DNA from: a virus
Taxonomy: Duplodnaviria > Caudoviricetes
IMG/VR virus record: IMGVR_UViG_3300016466_000630
Coordinates: 1-39,938 of that record
DNA length: 39,938 nt
Strand: one strand, 5' to 3'
The position numbers and the translations under genes were made by a program. Of this stretch, positions 8,081-16,466 are shown in pieces; position 1 is the stretch's first letter; each line of letters begins with the position of its first letter. The notes beneath the pieces are model-generated. The model ran no database searches. It was not told where the DNA came from and saw only the letters and a program-made list of their open reading frames with translations.

Positions 8081-8811
8081 TGTATTTTTCCTGCTCCTTT
8101 CAGCATCAGTAACGCTGTTTCACATTCGCTATCGCTTGCATCGTCAATCGGGCAAGGTAACGCATACGCTTGTAACTCGGGGGGTAAGGCTTTTAATTGC
8201 TCCCTGGCGGTTTTAGCAACCGCTAAAGGCATTTGTAGCCGTGGCAACAGGGCTTTAAACCCTTGCTCGTCTAAACCCTCTAAACTGCCTAGGTGGGCTT
8301 TTAGCTGGTCTTTAGAGATGCCTTCTTTTAGTTTAGCGTTCACCCATGCCATCACGACCTTTTTGTGTGTTTCTTGCGGTGGTGGCGGTGCTGGCGGTGG
8401 TAGTGGTGGGGCTTCTACCTGTTTCGCTTTAGGGTTTTTAGGAAGTGTAGAAGCACCGTTCCCATCGTCATCATCATCGGCGAACAGATTGAACGCCGTG
8501 GCGATAGCATAACGGCGAGCGTATGTTAAACCGCTTCCCATATCTTGAGCAGTCCCTTTTCCATTAATCACTGGCACGGCTCCAAAGTCGATAACGCCTC
8601 CTTCTTCATCATGCACACTTACATGCACACTTAACGGCTCTTGGTGAATAGAAACAACCAACGCTAGCCCGTTGGCATTCAACGTAGGAATCACACAATC
8701 AAGCACCGCACCTAAATCAGCGTATTTGTTACGCAGGTGTGGGTTGACGGCGTTTTTAACCACAGGCGGGAACTCACGCTGGGCTTTTAGTAACTTGGCA
8801 TAAATGCTCAT
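8077..8811 (-). CDS. erf: ERF-family single-strand annealing recombinase
   Basis: KNAVNPHLRNKYADL and QDMGSGLTYARRYAIATAFNL..DDDDG signature. Confidence 0.92.
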   Translation of the reverse strand: MSIYAKLLKAQREFPPVVKNAVNPHLRNKYADLGAVLDCVIPTLNANGLALVVSIHQEPLSVHVSVHDEEGGVIDFGAVPVINGKGTAQDMGSGLTYARRYAIATAFNLFADDDDDGNGASTLPKNPKAKQVEAPPLPPPAPPPPQETHKKVVMAWVNAKLKEGISKDQLKAHLGSLEGLDEQGFKALLPRLQMPLAVAKTAREQLKALPPELQAYALPCPIDDASDSECETALLMLKGAGKIQ

Positions 8812-9269
8812 GATTTCAGACTCACTTTCAAGGTAGGGGTGGTTGTAACTTCAATGCAATGACTTGCTAACGCTTTACCTAGCACGTCTTGTAGCCCTTT
8901 TTGGGTAAACTTGACAAACTCGGCAAGGCTTCCATGCTCGGCTACTAAAGCATAGGCTTTATCGGTGTCAATGACGGCCTTATTGCTTTCAGAAACAACA
9001 TACACATGGTCGTTGTGGCTGTAGTTGCTTGCCCCTTCGGCTAGCATACGCTCCAGTACCTCGGCTTCTAAGGCTTTGGCTGTTGCATCCGTGTCTTTTT
9101 TCTCGGCTTCCCATAGCTTAATCTCATGAGCAATTTGAGCTTTTCGGTCATGCACCGTTTGCAGGGCTTGTAATAGCTCCACGATGTGCATTTCTTTTGG
9201 CTCGATGTTCTCGATGCTGGGGACTTCTTTCACGTCTCCCATCGCTTCCAACAGTTGGTCGTTAGTCAT
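8808..9269 (-). CDS. Hypothetical recombination-region coiled-coil protein
   Basis: 153 aa, coupled by overlaps to the HTH and ERF genes. Confidence 0.7.
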   Translation of the reverse strand: MTNDQLLEAMGDVKEVPSIENIEPKEMHIVELLQALQTVHDRKAQIAHEIKLWEAEKKDTDATAKALEAEVLERMLAEGASNYSHNDHVYVVSESNKAVIDTDKAYALVAEHGSLAEFVKFTQKGLQDVLGKALASHCIEVTTTPTLKVSLKS

Positions 9270-9492
9270 TGTCTTTTCCTTCCTTCACTTCCATCAACAA
9301 GGCATCAGGGGCTACACCGATTGCTCGGGCAAGCTTGAGCCGTCTACTGTAACTAGGGTTTCTTTGGCCTTTCAGCCAGTACTGCATCGTAGTCAAGGAC
9401 ACCCCTATCGCCTTGGCTAGTTGTTTTTGTGAGCCATAGCGTTGCTTTTGAAGCCACGCTTTTAGGGGCTTGGGGTTAAAAACGAAAGGCAT
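9262..9492 (-). CDS. XRE/Cro-like helix-turn-helix regulator
   Basis: SQKQLAKAIGVSLTTMQYWLKGQRNPS...LARAIGV. Confidence 0.9.
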   Translation of the reverse strand: MPFVFNPKPLKAWLQKQRYGSQKQLAKAIGVSLTTMQYWLKGQRNPSYSRRLKLARAIGVAPDALLMEVKEGKDND

Positions 9493-9738
9493 TTAATTCG
9501 CTCCGTATTTTTTCAATAGTAACTGCCCTTTTTCAATGAAGGCATCACGGAAGGCTTTAGGGCGGTAGTGGTTTGGGTCGGCCATTGCTCCCATTTCGAA
9601 ATGAGCCTTCATTAAGGCATCTAACCAATAGTTTTTTGGCACTTGTTTAGCGGTGTCCAATCGTTTAAAAAACAACTGGGCTTCCATCTCCCCCATTTGT
9701 CTGTAGTGACGCTCGTTGAGCTGTTGTGCGGTAGTCAT
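9493..9738 (-). CDS. Hypothetical protein
   Basis: 81 aa, TAATG coupling with the upstream gene. Confidence 0.7.
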   Translation of the reverse strand: MTTAQQLNERHYRQMGEMEAQLFFKRLDTAKQVPKNYWLDALMKAHFEMGAMADPNHYRPKAFRDAFIEKGQLLLKKYGAN

Positions 9739-10283
9739 TACGCTTTCTCACTTTCTAACGTTTGTAGGAACTCAATCTGTTCATAAACAATAATAGACAA
9801 CGCCCCTAAGCCTCTATCAACATAAGGCAAGCCAAAGGCATCACACATATCACGGTCTGCCTTGTCGGCGACACGGAGGACTTTAAGCAAGGTGTCGGTG
9901 TCTTCAAGGGTCATTCGCTTACTTTTAACTCGAGTGCGATAAGTGCCAAGTATCTCTTCTTTGACACGCTCGGCCAAGATAGCAAGGGCTTCTTCACCGT
10001 AGGCTTTGGGTGCATCTCCCCTAGGCTCAAGCCAAACGCCATCTTCTAGGGCTTTTTGCACGTCTTCCGACGTGAAATAAAACAAGCAAGCATGATAAAA
10101 TACCTTGTCGCCAAAGGGGTCAATAGCATCCCATATTTGCTTCTTTGTATCATCGGTCTTTGTGGCGTGATACCATGGTCGCAACACTTGATGACGCACT
10201 GTTTCGGTCATAAACTCATACTGGGCATTTGTAAACAAAGGATAGCCAAAGGCTTGCTCGATTTGTTCAACTGTAATAGGCAT
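9738..10283 (-). CDS. Hypothetical protein
   Basis: 181 aa ORF with purine-rich RBS. Confidence 0.75.
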   Translation of the reverse strand: MPITVEQIEQAFGYPLFTNAQYEFMTETVRHQVLRPWYHATKTDDTKKQIWDAIDPFGDKVFYHACLFYFTSEDVQKALEDGVWLEPRGDAPKAYGEEALAILAERVKEEILGTYRTRVKSKRMTLEDTDTLLKVLRVADKADRDMCDAFGLPYVDRGLGALSIIVYEQIEFLQTLESEKA

Positions 10284-10344
10284 TTAGGCTTCTCTTTCTA
10301 AAATGGAAATTGCGTAATCGATACCTTGCAGAAAAGCGTGATTG

Positions 10345-10890
10345 TCACGCTTTTGAACTTCTGATTGCTCTAATGTACTCAACTTCACCTTCTTCAAGGT
10401 ACGTTGGCTCATGCTGGCCTAGCTCGTCAATGTTAAGCTCGGCTTGATTGACTAGGTCGTTTGCTAGCTCAAGCGTTTCGTTAAGGTCATCGATAAGGTA
10501 CTCAACGGCTTGTGCAAAGGCTTCTGCATTGCCTTTAAAGGCTTCCCATCCACTAAGTGAATGAAGCTTGTTAGAAAGCTCCTGTAGGGCTTCTAGCTTG
10601 CTTGTGATAGGGTTGAAGGTTTTCGCCTGTGCTAGCTCGGCTTCAGTTATAAAGAGGTGGGCAAAGTCGGGGTTGACACTTTTGAAAGTCCACGGTAGGA
10701 ATCGAGATTTTTCCATGTCGAGTTCCGATATACAAAGATTCCTCTCATCAACTGCATAGTTAGGATTCCATGTATGGAACACGAGGCACGCTTTGTACTT
10801 CTCAACCTCTTCAGGTGTGTTAATCTGTTGCCCATCTTCGGGGCGTAAGAGTTTCTGCATCATAGTGGGGCTTTTATCAAACATAATCAT
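10345..10890 (-). CDS. Hypothetical protein with C-terminal coiled coil, paralogue of 7054..7410
   Basis: N-terminal ~80 aa clearly homologous to 7054..7410. Confidence 0.8.
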   Translation of the reverse strand: MIMFDKSPTMMQKLLRPEDGQQINTPEEVEKYKACLVFHTWNPNYAVDERNLCISELDMEKSRFLPWTFKSVNPDFAHLFITEAELAQAKTFNPITSKLEALQELSNKLHSLSGWEAFKGNAEAFAQAVEYLIDDLNETLELANDLVNQAELNIDELGQHEPTYLEEGEVEYIRAIRSSKA

Positions 10891-11038
10891 CCTCGCTTTC
10901 TTTAAATTGAATAGGTAGGGCTTTTAACTGCTTCCAAAAGTTGAGGCATTCAAACCACAACACAGGGGCAATTAACAGTGTAACAATGCCGATAAACCAA
11001 TCGGCAAAAAGAGACACAGTGGGGTCTAGTTGATACAT
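10877..11038 (-). CDS. Small single-TM protein (53 aa, not in the ORF track)
   Basis: MYQLDPTVSLFADWFIGIVTLLIAPVLWFECLNFWKQLKALPIQFKESEDDYV; purine-rich leader; overlaps the next gene's start. Confidence 0.55.
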   Translation of the reverse strand: MYQLDPTVSLFADWFIGIVTLLIAPVLWFECLNFWKQLKALPIQFKESEDDYV

Positions 11039-11058
11039 GGTCTTTTTCTTTCTCTTTT

Positions 11059-11116
11059 AACTGATGCCATACGCTGGCACCTAGCGGGTGTGCCTACCAT
11101 CGCTAGCAGGCACAAC
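11059..11116 (-). ncRNA. Two-hairpin structured RNA motif, copy A
   Basis: GTGCCTGCT-agcgat-GGTAGGCAC / ACCCGCTAG / GTGCCA-gcgta-TGGCAT / CAGTT. Confidence 0.75.
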
Positions 11117-11122
11117 AAACAA

Positions 11123-11362
11123 TTAGTTAAAAGCCCGCTCGATGCGAGCAATTAACTCACCCCGCTTGGAGGCAACCAGCAACTTTGTACCGTTCATTTG
11201 TGGGTGGGACACCGATTTGTGCTTACCCACAAAAGTTAAAATGGCTACATAGCCTTTCTCACCATTGCTTATTTGTACGCCTAACTTTTGACCATCGCTT
11301 AATGTGGCTGTAGCAAAACCTTGACCACGTGTGCGACCCCAATGAAACTTTAAAGCTATCAT
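11123..11362 (-). CDS. Hypothetical early protein
   Basis: RBS AGGAG; flanked by motif copies A and B. Confidence 0.7.
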   Translation of the reverse strand: MIALKFHWGRTRGQGFATATLSDGQKLGVQISNGEKGYVAILTFVGKHKSVSHPQMNGTKLLVASKRGELIARIERAFN

Positions 11363-11393
11363 TTAAACATCTCCTATCAATCAACCAATTAAA

Positions 11394-11452
11394 AACTGAT
11401 GCGTTACGCACGCACCTAGCGGGTGTGCCTACCCACTTGGAGCAGGCACAAC
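11394..11452 (-). ncRNA. Two-hairpin structured RNA motif, copy B
   Basis: GTGCCTGCTC-caagt-GGGTAGGCAC / ACCCGCTAG / GTGCGT-gcgta-ACGCAT / CAGTT. Confidence 0.75.
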
Positions 11453-11457
11453 GGGGG

Positions 11458-11646
11458 TTAATCCCAATGCCAATAATCGTTCTCAGTGTCGTGAATTACC
11501 TCCTCACGAGGCTTGAAATAGCCTTTCACGTCAATACGTCTACCCTTGTACATCATGCAAGTGGAATTAGAATAGGCTACAGGGACACGTTCACCGCAAA
11601 CAACCCTGTCGGTGAAGTTTTTTAGCCGAGTTTTTATTTTATTCAT
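11458..11646 (-). CDS. Hypothetical early protein (62 aa, MNKIKTRL...)
   Basis: RBS AGGAG before ATG 11646. Confidence 0.65.
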   Translation of the reverse strand: MNKIKTRLKNFTDRVVCGERVPVAYSNSTCMMYKGRRIDVKGYFKPREEVIHDTENDYWHWD

Positions 11647-11677
11647 AATTAAATCTCCTAAATTAAATAAATAAACA

Positions 11678-11732
11678 AACTGGTGTGATACGGTCACACC
11701 CACCGAATCAACCAACCATTGCTAGCTAGCTG
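11678..11732 (-). ncRNA. Two-hairpin structured RNA motif, diverged copy C
   Basis: CAGCTAGCTA-gcaa-TGGTTGGTTG / ATTCGGTGG / GTGTGA-ccgta-TCACAC / CAGTT. Confidence 0.65.
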
Positions 11733-11891
11733 AATAATGCGTTAAGGCCTGCAAACCCGCTACACCGTGTCGTGGTGGAGGTGAAACGCTTGATTGTCAA
11801 TGAACCAGTTAGAAGCATCAATCAAGAGGGAACTGCTGAGCGGTAACTGCGCCGTCTGTCGTCTGTCTCGTTTGCTTAACTTCATGATGTA

Positions 11892-11934
11892 ATAATACAA
11901 CAATACAACAAAGAATGCAACTAAATTACAACAA
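11892..11934 (-). promoter_or_regulatory. Leftward early sigma70 promoter with overlapping TACAACAA repeats
   Basis: TTGCAT (11920-11915)-17 bp-TATTAT (11897-11892); TACAACAA (+ strand) at 11896, 11904, 11927. Confidence 0.75.
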
Positions 11935-11987
11935 ACGTTACAAAACTTCATACAAATAGATGATAAGCAATCTTAATGTTTTATTCC

Positions 11988-12018
11988 TTGACAACACCTG
12001 TAGAAGATATGCTATAAT
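11988..12018 (+). promoter_or_regulatory. Rightward promoter upstream of the methyltransferase
   Basis: TTGACA-19 bp-TATAAT with extended -10 TGC. Confidence 0.7.
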
Positions 12019-12266
12019 GAGACGTACCGAACGCATACGCCGTTTGAAGCGACCGCAAGGGTAGCGTAAACAAACGGTGGCGTGGAACGTAGTAGGGATA
12101 TTATATTCACTAAAAGCTATTACAGATGTAGCTATTTTATGGTTAATATTTAAGGTTTTTTGAGCTACTAGTTACTTTGTGGTTCAAAAATAACACTCAA
12201 TAGAACGCACACACTTTGCTGACGCATGGTGTGCTATTTTGCTTTGAAAGGATAAGGGGGAACTAG

Positions 12267-13457
12267 ATGACGAGCTATCAACTGATTAACGGCAACAGCT
12301 TAGAGGTGCTTAAAACACTACCTGATAACAGCGTGGATGCGATTGTAACCGACCCCCCCTATGGGTTAAGCCAACACAGCCAAGGCGATATTGTCAACGC
12401 CTTAACAGCTTGGCTAGCTGGTGAAGAATACACCCACGGCAAAGGCGGATTCATGGGTAAAGAGTGGGATTCGTTTGTGCCAAGCCCGATGTTATTCAAA
12501 GAATGTTTGCGTGTGTTGAAGCCAGGGGGACACATGCTTTGCTTTGCAGGGGCGAGAACGCAGGACTTAATGGGGATTGCTATTCGCCTAGCTGGGTTTG
12601 AATTAAGAGATAGTTGCTTGTTTTTGTATGGTTCAGGATTCCCCAAGGGGCAGAATATAGCCAAGGGTATAGAAAAGCATTTTGGAAAAGAGCCTATAAT
12701 TGTAGGAGAACGTGAAGACTTTGCGAGACGCAGAGCAAAAAACAACTTTAAGCAATTTTATGCAATCAATCCAAGTGAAAAAGCCATAAACTCCCAAGCC
12801 TTTCAGGAAAAAATAGGTGCTATTTATGAGTATTCCACCCCCGAAGCCAAGCAATGGGAAGGGTGGAACACCAACCTCAAGCCAGCCTATGAACCAATCC
12901 TCATGGCACGCAAGCCGTTAACTGGCACGGTGGTTGAGAACGTGCTAAAGCACGGTGTGGGGGGCTTGAATATAGACGGTTGTAAGGTTGAAAGTACAGA
13001 TGTTGTAGGTGGTCGTGGGTGTAAAAAAAATACTAAAGGTGCAGTATGCTTTTCCGAATACAAAGGTGAAGGATACGAGCCACGGCGACACACACAAGGA
13101 CGCTATCCCGCCAACGTCATCCTAGACGGTAGTGAGGAAGTGGAGGCGTTGTTTCCAAATGATACGCAACGGTTCTTCTATTGTGCTAAAGCAAGCAAGC
13201 GTGATAAAGATGAGGGGCTGGAAGGCATGAACCCTCATCCAACGGTTAAAAACACAGCCCTCATGCGTCATTTAGTCCGTTTGGTTACACCTAAAGGTGG
13301 TGTTGTGCTAGACCCCTTTATGGGGAGCGGTAGCACTGGCAAGGCGTGCATGTACGAGGGGATGCAGTTTATCGGCGTGGAGCTAAACCCTGACTATGTT
13401 GAGATTGCCAAAGCACGGATTGAGTTTGCAAAAGGGGATACCGATGCCACCGAGTGA
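12267..13457 (+). CDS. DNA N4-cytosine/N6-adenine methyltransferase (beta class), orphan
   Basis: VTDPPY catalytic motif near the N-terminus; HPTVK and VLDPFMGSGSTG SAM-binding motif near the C-terminus. Confidence 0.93.
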   Translation: MTSYQLINGNSLEVLKTLPDNSVDAIVTDPPYGLSQHSQGDIVNALTAWLAGEEYTHGKGGFMGKEWDSFVPSPMLFKECLRVLKPGGHMLCFAGARTQDLMGIAIRLAGFELRDSCLFLYGSGFPKGQNIAKGIEKHFGKEPIIVGEREDFARRRAKNNFKQFYAINPSEKAINSQAFQEKIGAIYEYSTPEAKQWEGWNTNLKPAYEPILMARKPLTGTVVENVLKHGVGGLNIDGCKVESTDVVGGRGCKKNTKGAVCFSEYKGEGYEPRRHTQGRYPANVILDGSEEVEALFPNDTQRFFYCAKASKRDKDEGLEGMNPHPTVKNTALMRHLVRLVTPKGGVVLDPFMGSGSTGKACMYEGMQFIGVELNPDYVEIAKARIEFAKGDTDATE

Positions 13458-13562
13458 ACGGACGTTGCAATTGATTAGATTTTTAAGGGTAATAGAGAGG
13501 CTGTCTCTCTTTGTCCTTCTCACTCACGCATATAGGAATAAACGCTTGTTTGGAGCCAACAC

Positions 13563-13604
13563 ACAAACCCCCTAGGCGTGTCACTGCTTCGGGGGGTGTC
13601 TTTA
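13563..13604. terminator. Hairpin between convergent genes, probable bidirectional terminator
   Basis: ACCCCC/GGGGGT stem followed by GTCTTTT; lies between the MTase (+) and the ejection gene (-). Confidence 0.55.
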
Positions 13605-13619
13605 TACCTAGTTGAAAGT

Positions 13620-16466
13620 TTAGGGGCGTTCTTGGGGTTTCTGCGTTCGCTCCAGTCGTTTTACGGCTTGTAGCTTCCTGAACTGGTTTTGAGTGATGGC
13701 GGTGTCAAGCTCGGGGTCGTATTTGAACGGTTTGGCCTTTAGCTTATTTTCGTACCCTTCGGAGCCAAGAAACTCACGGCTTTCTTTGTTGGGGTTACGG
13801 CGTTCCATGTCGGCTACCATGGCTTTTGCATGACTTAGCTTCTCGGCGGTCATTGGGTTAAGTGTGCTGTTTAGTACGTTGGCTAGCAAGTACGACACCA
13901 TGCCCATTTCGGCTTCAATGGCACGCTCTCGTTCGTGCTTTACTTCCATCGGGGCTACATCCCCTGATTCCACATCTACGACTTGAGGTAGTGTCGCTTT
14001 CGGCTTGTCGGGTTTTTTTGTCTTGGGGTTGAGTGCCACTTCTACTGGCCTGCGTACAATCAACGGTATCAATGTTAAGCCAAGGTTGGTTAAGGCATTC
14101 TGCGAACCCTTGCCGATGTCTTTCTCGCCTTCTTCGTTGCGTGTGTCAAATAGCTTTTTCATCGTTTGGTTCGCTGGGGTGTCAAGGAACAAGGCTGTTA
14201 GCCCTTTAGCCACGGTGTTCGCCACGACACGGCTTTTATCGGGGTCATCCCATAGCTTCACACCCTTACGCAAGGCATTAGCGTTGTAGGCCATGTAGGA
14301 GGTCATAGGGAACGCACTCATGCCAAGTACTAAATCGTTCTCTTGTGTTTTAGGCGGTGCTCCCATTGCCAAGCGAACAAGCTGGCTCCAGTTGAATTGC
14401 ACACCGTACATCCCTACTTGCTTTTCGAGGCGGTCGTCATCGTCTCCATCGGGGTCGGGAACCATCAACACCCCTAGGTCAATGAGTACCGCTAACCCTG
14501 CTACACCCACGCTAGACACGATACCACGCATCATAATAGCGTCCGTTTGTATGGATTCTTCAACGGTCATAAAAGCTCGGGTGTTTAAAACATTCAACAT
14601 CCGAATATCTCGGGCTTGATAGGCTCGGGTCGCTAGCTGGGCTAGCTTCCCTACCATCACATAAGGAGCAACGGTCATGTTCACGCTACGCACCCCTAAA
14701 CGCACCATGAAGCCTGCAAATGGCATAAATGCGGTTAAGCCTACATCAGCAACGCTAGCTAGCATACGTGTGATTTCACCATTGGCTTTGTTGTTGGCCG
14801 TTTTGTCCAGGTATTGATTGAGGCCACTTAGCTTCTCTGTGATAGTGGCCTCAATCCCTGCCATGTGATAGCCAAACGTGTTGCTCTTGCTTAGCTTTCC
14901 TACTGGGCTGTAGGTGGCGTTCGCTCCTGCCGATTGTGCATAGTCACGCAACGTTTGCTGTTCAAGGTCTGTCTTTGCGGTGGCTCCGTATCGCTTTATC
15001 AAATAGTCATAATGCTGTTGATACACCATTTTCGCTACACTGTTACGCAAGGCATCCTGCACCGTTGCGTACTTCTCAAGCACCTTGTCGGCTTTATTAG
15101 CTAGCTTATCGCCTAGCACTTTTCGGAACTCGGGAGGCAAGCGTAAGGCATCCGCTGGACTTGTACCGTAGTCGCCTGTGGTCACGTCTGCCCCCATGGT
15201 GTTAATGCCTTGTAAGGCTTCATTGTAGAAGCGTTTGAATAGCTTAACGTTGGGTAGTTGGGGCATGGCTCCACTTAATAGCTGGCCTTCTAGCTCTGTG
15301 CCTATCGAGTCTTTCAAGCCCCCTGATGGGCTTGTTAGGAGGTTGATGCGTATTGCCGATTTGAACCAACGTGCTACGGTGTTAGGTACTTCATGCTGTA
15401 GCTGGCGATCAATCAATCGTAACGCAACCGTCTTTTCGTAGGGGTCTTTAATCTCCTTGGCTTTCTCGATTTGCTCTAGGTAGGCTTTGATATCGCCATG
15501 GCCTAAGTAAGCAAGTCCTGTTATCGCCGTGAAGTCACGCTTGATAGCCTTGGGGTCGGCATCCTTTTTTAAGATGTTTTCAAGCAATCGGTTTTTGATA
15601 TTTGCGTTTTGCCACTCGGGGTCATTATTGGTTAAGTCACGCCACAAATCAACGTAGGATTTCCTAGCGTCACTTTTGGCTTTTCGTTGTTCGGCGTTGT
15701 ATTTGGCTTGCTCTTCCTTCCATTTGGCACGGAACGCATCACGCTCGGTTTTCTTTGTTGCTTCATCAGCTTTGTAGGCTTCGATTTCAGCTTTGGTTTT
15801 CGCTCTGTCGGCGTCACGCTGTGCTTTAGTTAGGTCTTGCTCAAACTCACGGCTAATTCTTTCGGCTTCTTTTTCAGCATCACGACTAGCTTTAGCTTCA
15901 ATCGCCTCTAGCTTTTTGCCTTTGTTTTCAAGGCGTTTTTTCTTGCTGTTGTCGGCTAACCGTTTGAACATATCCGCACGTCTTGCACGGTATAGGTCAA
16001 TCTGACGGTCAAGGTAACTATCAATCTCTTTGCTTGGCACCGTCCCTAAGGCTTTATGCACCTCGGCGTTAATTTTCTCTGGGCTTTTGTCGTGGTGGGT
16101 AGCAATCGTTTTAGCCACAATAGAAGCCACGCTAGGGGGCTTGGGTTGCTTTGCTTTGGTCTCACGCTCTGCAAGGGATTGTAGCTTCTCTTGCGTGGTT
16201 TTAATAAGCTTGTCTCTGTTTTGCTTGGCTTGCCCTTTGGCTTTGTCTAACTCGCTTTCAAGTTCAAGCTCTCGTGTCCCTTTTGGCTTGCGTGGCTTGG
16301 AGGGTGAAGCGTCTTTTTTTTTACCGCTCTTTTTAGCCTTGGGTGTGCCGTAAAGCAGTGTAGTATCATTCACAAGGTCATCTACATCGGTTATAGGGTC
16401 TTTTGCTATCGCAATGGCTTTTCTTTGAGCCAATAGTTTTGTGATGTCGCATTCATGGTTTAGCAT
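13620..16466 (-). CDS. Large internal virion/DNA ejection protein
   Basis: 948 aa, last gene of the tail operon; Lys-rich helical N-terminus, hydrophobic segments in the C-terminal half. Confidence 0.7.
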   Translation of the reverse strand: MLNHECDITKLLAQRKAIAIAKDPITDVDDLVNDTTLLYGTPKAKKSGKKKDASPSKPRKPKGTRELELESELDKAKGQAKQNRDKLIKTTQEKLQSLAERETKAKQPKPPSVASIVAKTIATHHDKSPEKINAEVHKALGTVPSKEIDSYLDRQIDLYRARRADMFKRLADNSKKKRLENKGKKLEAIEAKASRDAEKEAERISREFEQDLTKAQRDADRAKTKAEIEAYKADEATKKTERDAFRAKWKEEQAKYNAEQRKAKSDARKSYVDLWRDLTNNDPEWQNANIKNRLLENILKKDADPKAIKRDFTAITGLAYLGHGDIKAYLEQIEKAKEIKDPYEKTVALRLIDRQLQHEVPNTVARWFKSAIRINLLTSPSGGLKDSIGTELEGQLLSGAMPQLPNVKLFKRFYNEALQGINTMGADVTTGDYGTSPADALRLPPEFRKVLGDKLANKADKVLEKYATVQDALRNSVAKMVYQQHYDYLIKRYGATAKTDLEQQTLRDYAQSAGANATYSPVGKLSKSNTFGYHMAGIEATITEKLSGLNQYLDKTANNKANGEITRMLASVADVGLTAFMPFAGFMVRLGVRSVNMTVAPYVMVGKLAQLATRAYQARDIRMLNVLNTRAFMTVEESIQTDAIMMRGIVSSVGVAGLAVLIDLGVLMVPDPDGDDDDRLEKQVGMYGVQFNWSQLVRLAMGAPPKTQENDLVLGMSAFPMTSYMAYNANALRKGVKLWDDPDKSRVVANTVAKGLTALFLDTPANQTMKKLFDTRNEEGEKDIGKGSQNALTNLGLTLIPLIVRRPVEVALNPKTKKPDKPKATLPQVVDVESGDVAPMEVKHERERAIEAEMGMVSYLLANVLNSTLNPMTAEKLSHAKAMVADMERRNPNKESREFLGSEGYENKLKAKPFKYDPELDTAITQNQFRKLQAVKRLERTQKPQERP

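Noticed and set aside
11059-11732. Repeats as a CRISPR mini-array or hammerhead ribozyme
   Set aside because: Intervening segments are whole genes of >200 bp, no cas genes; the plus-strand CTGATG lacks the CUGANGA/GAAA core and G-U pairs favour the minus strand
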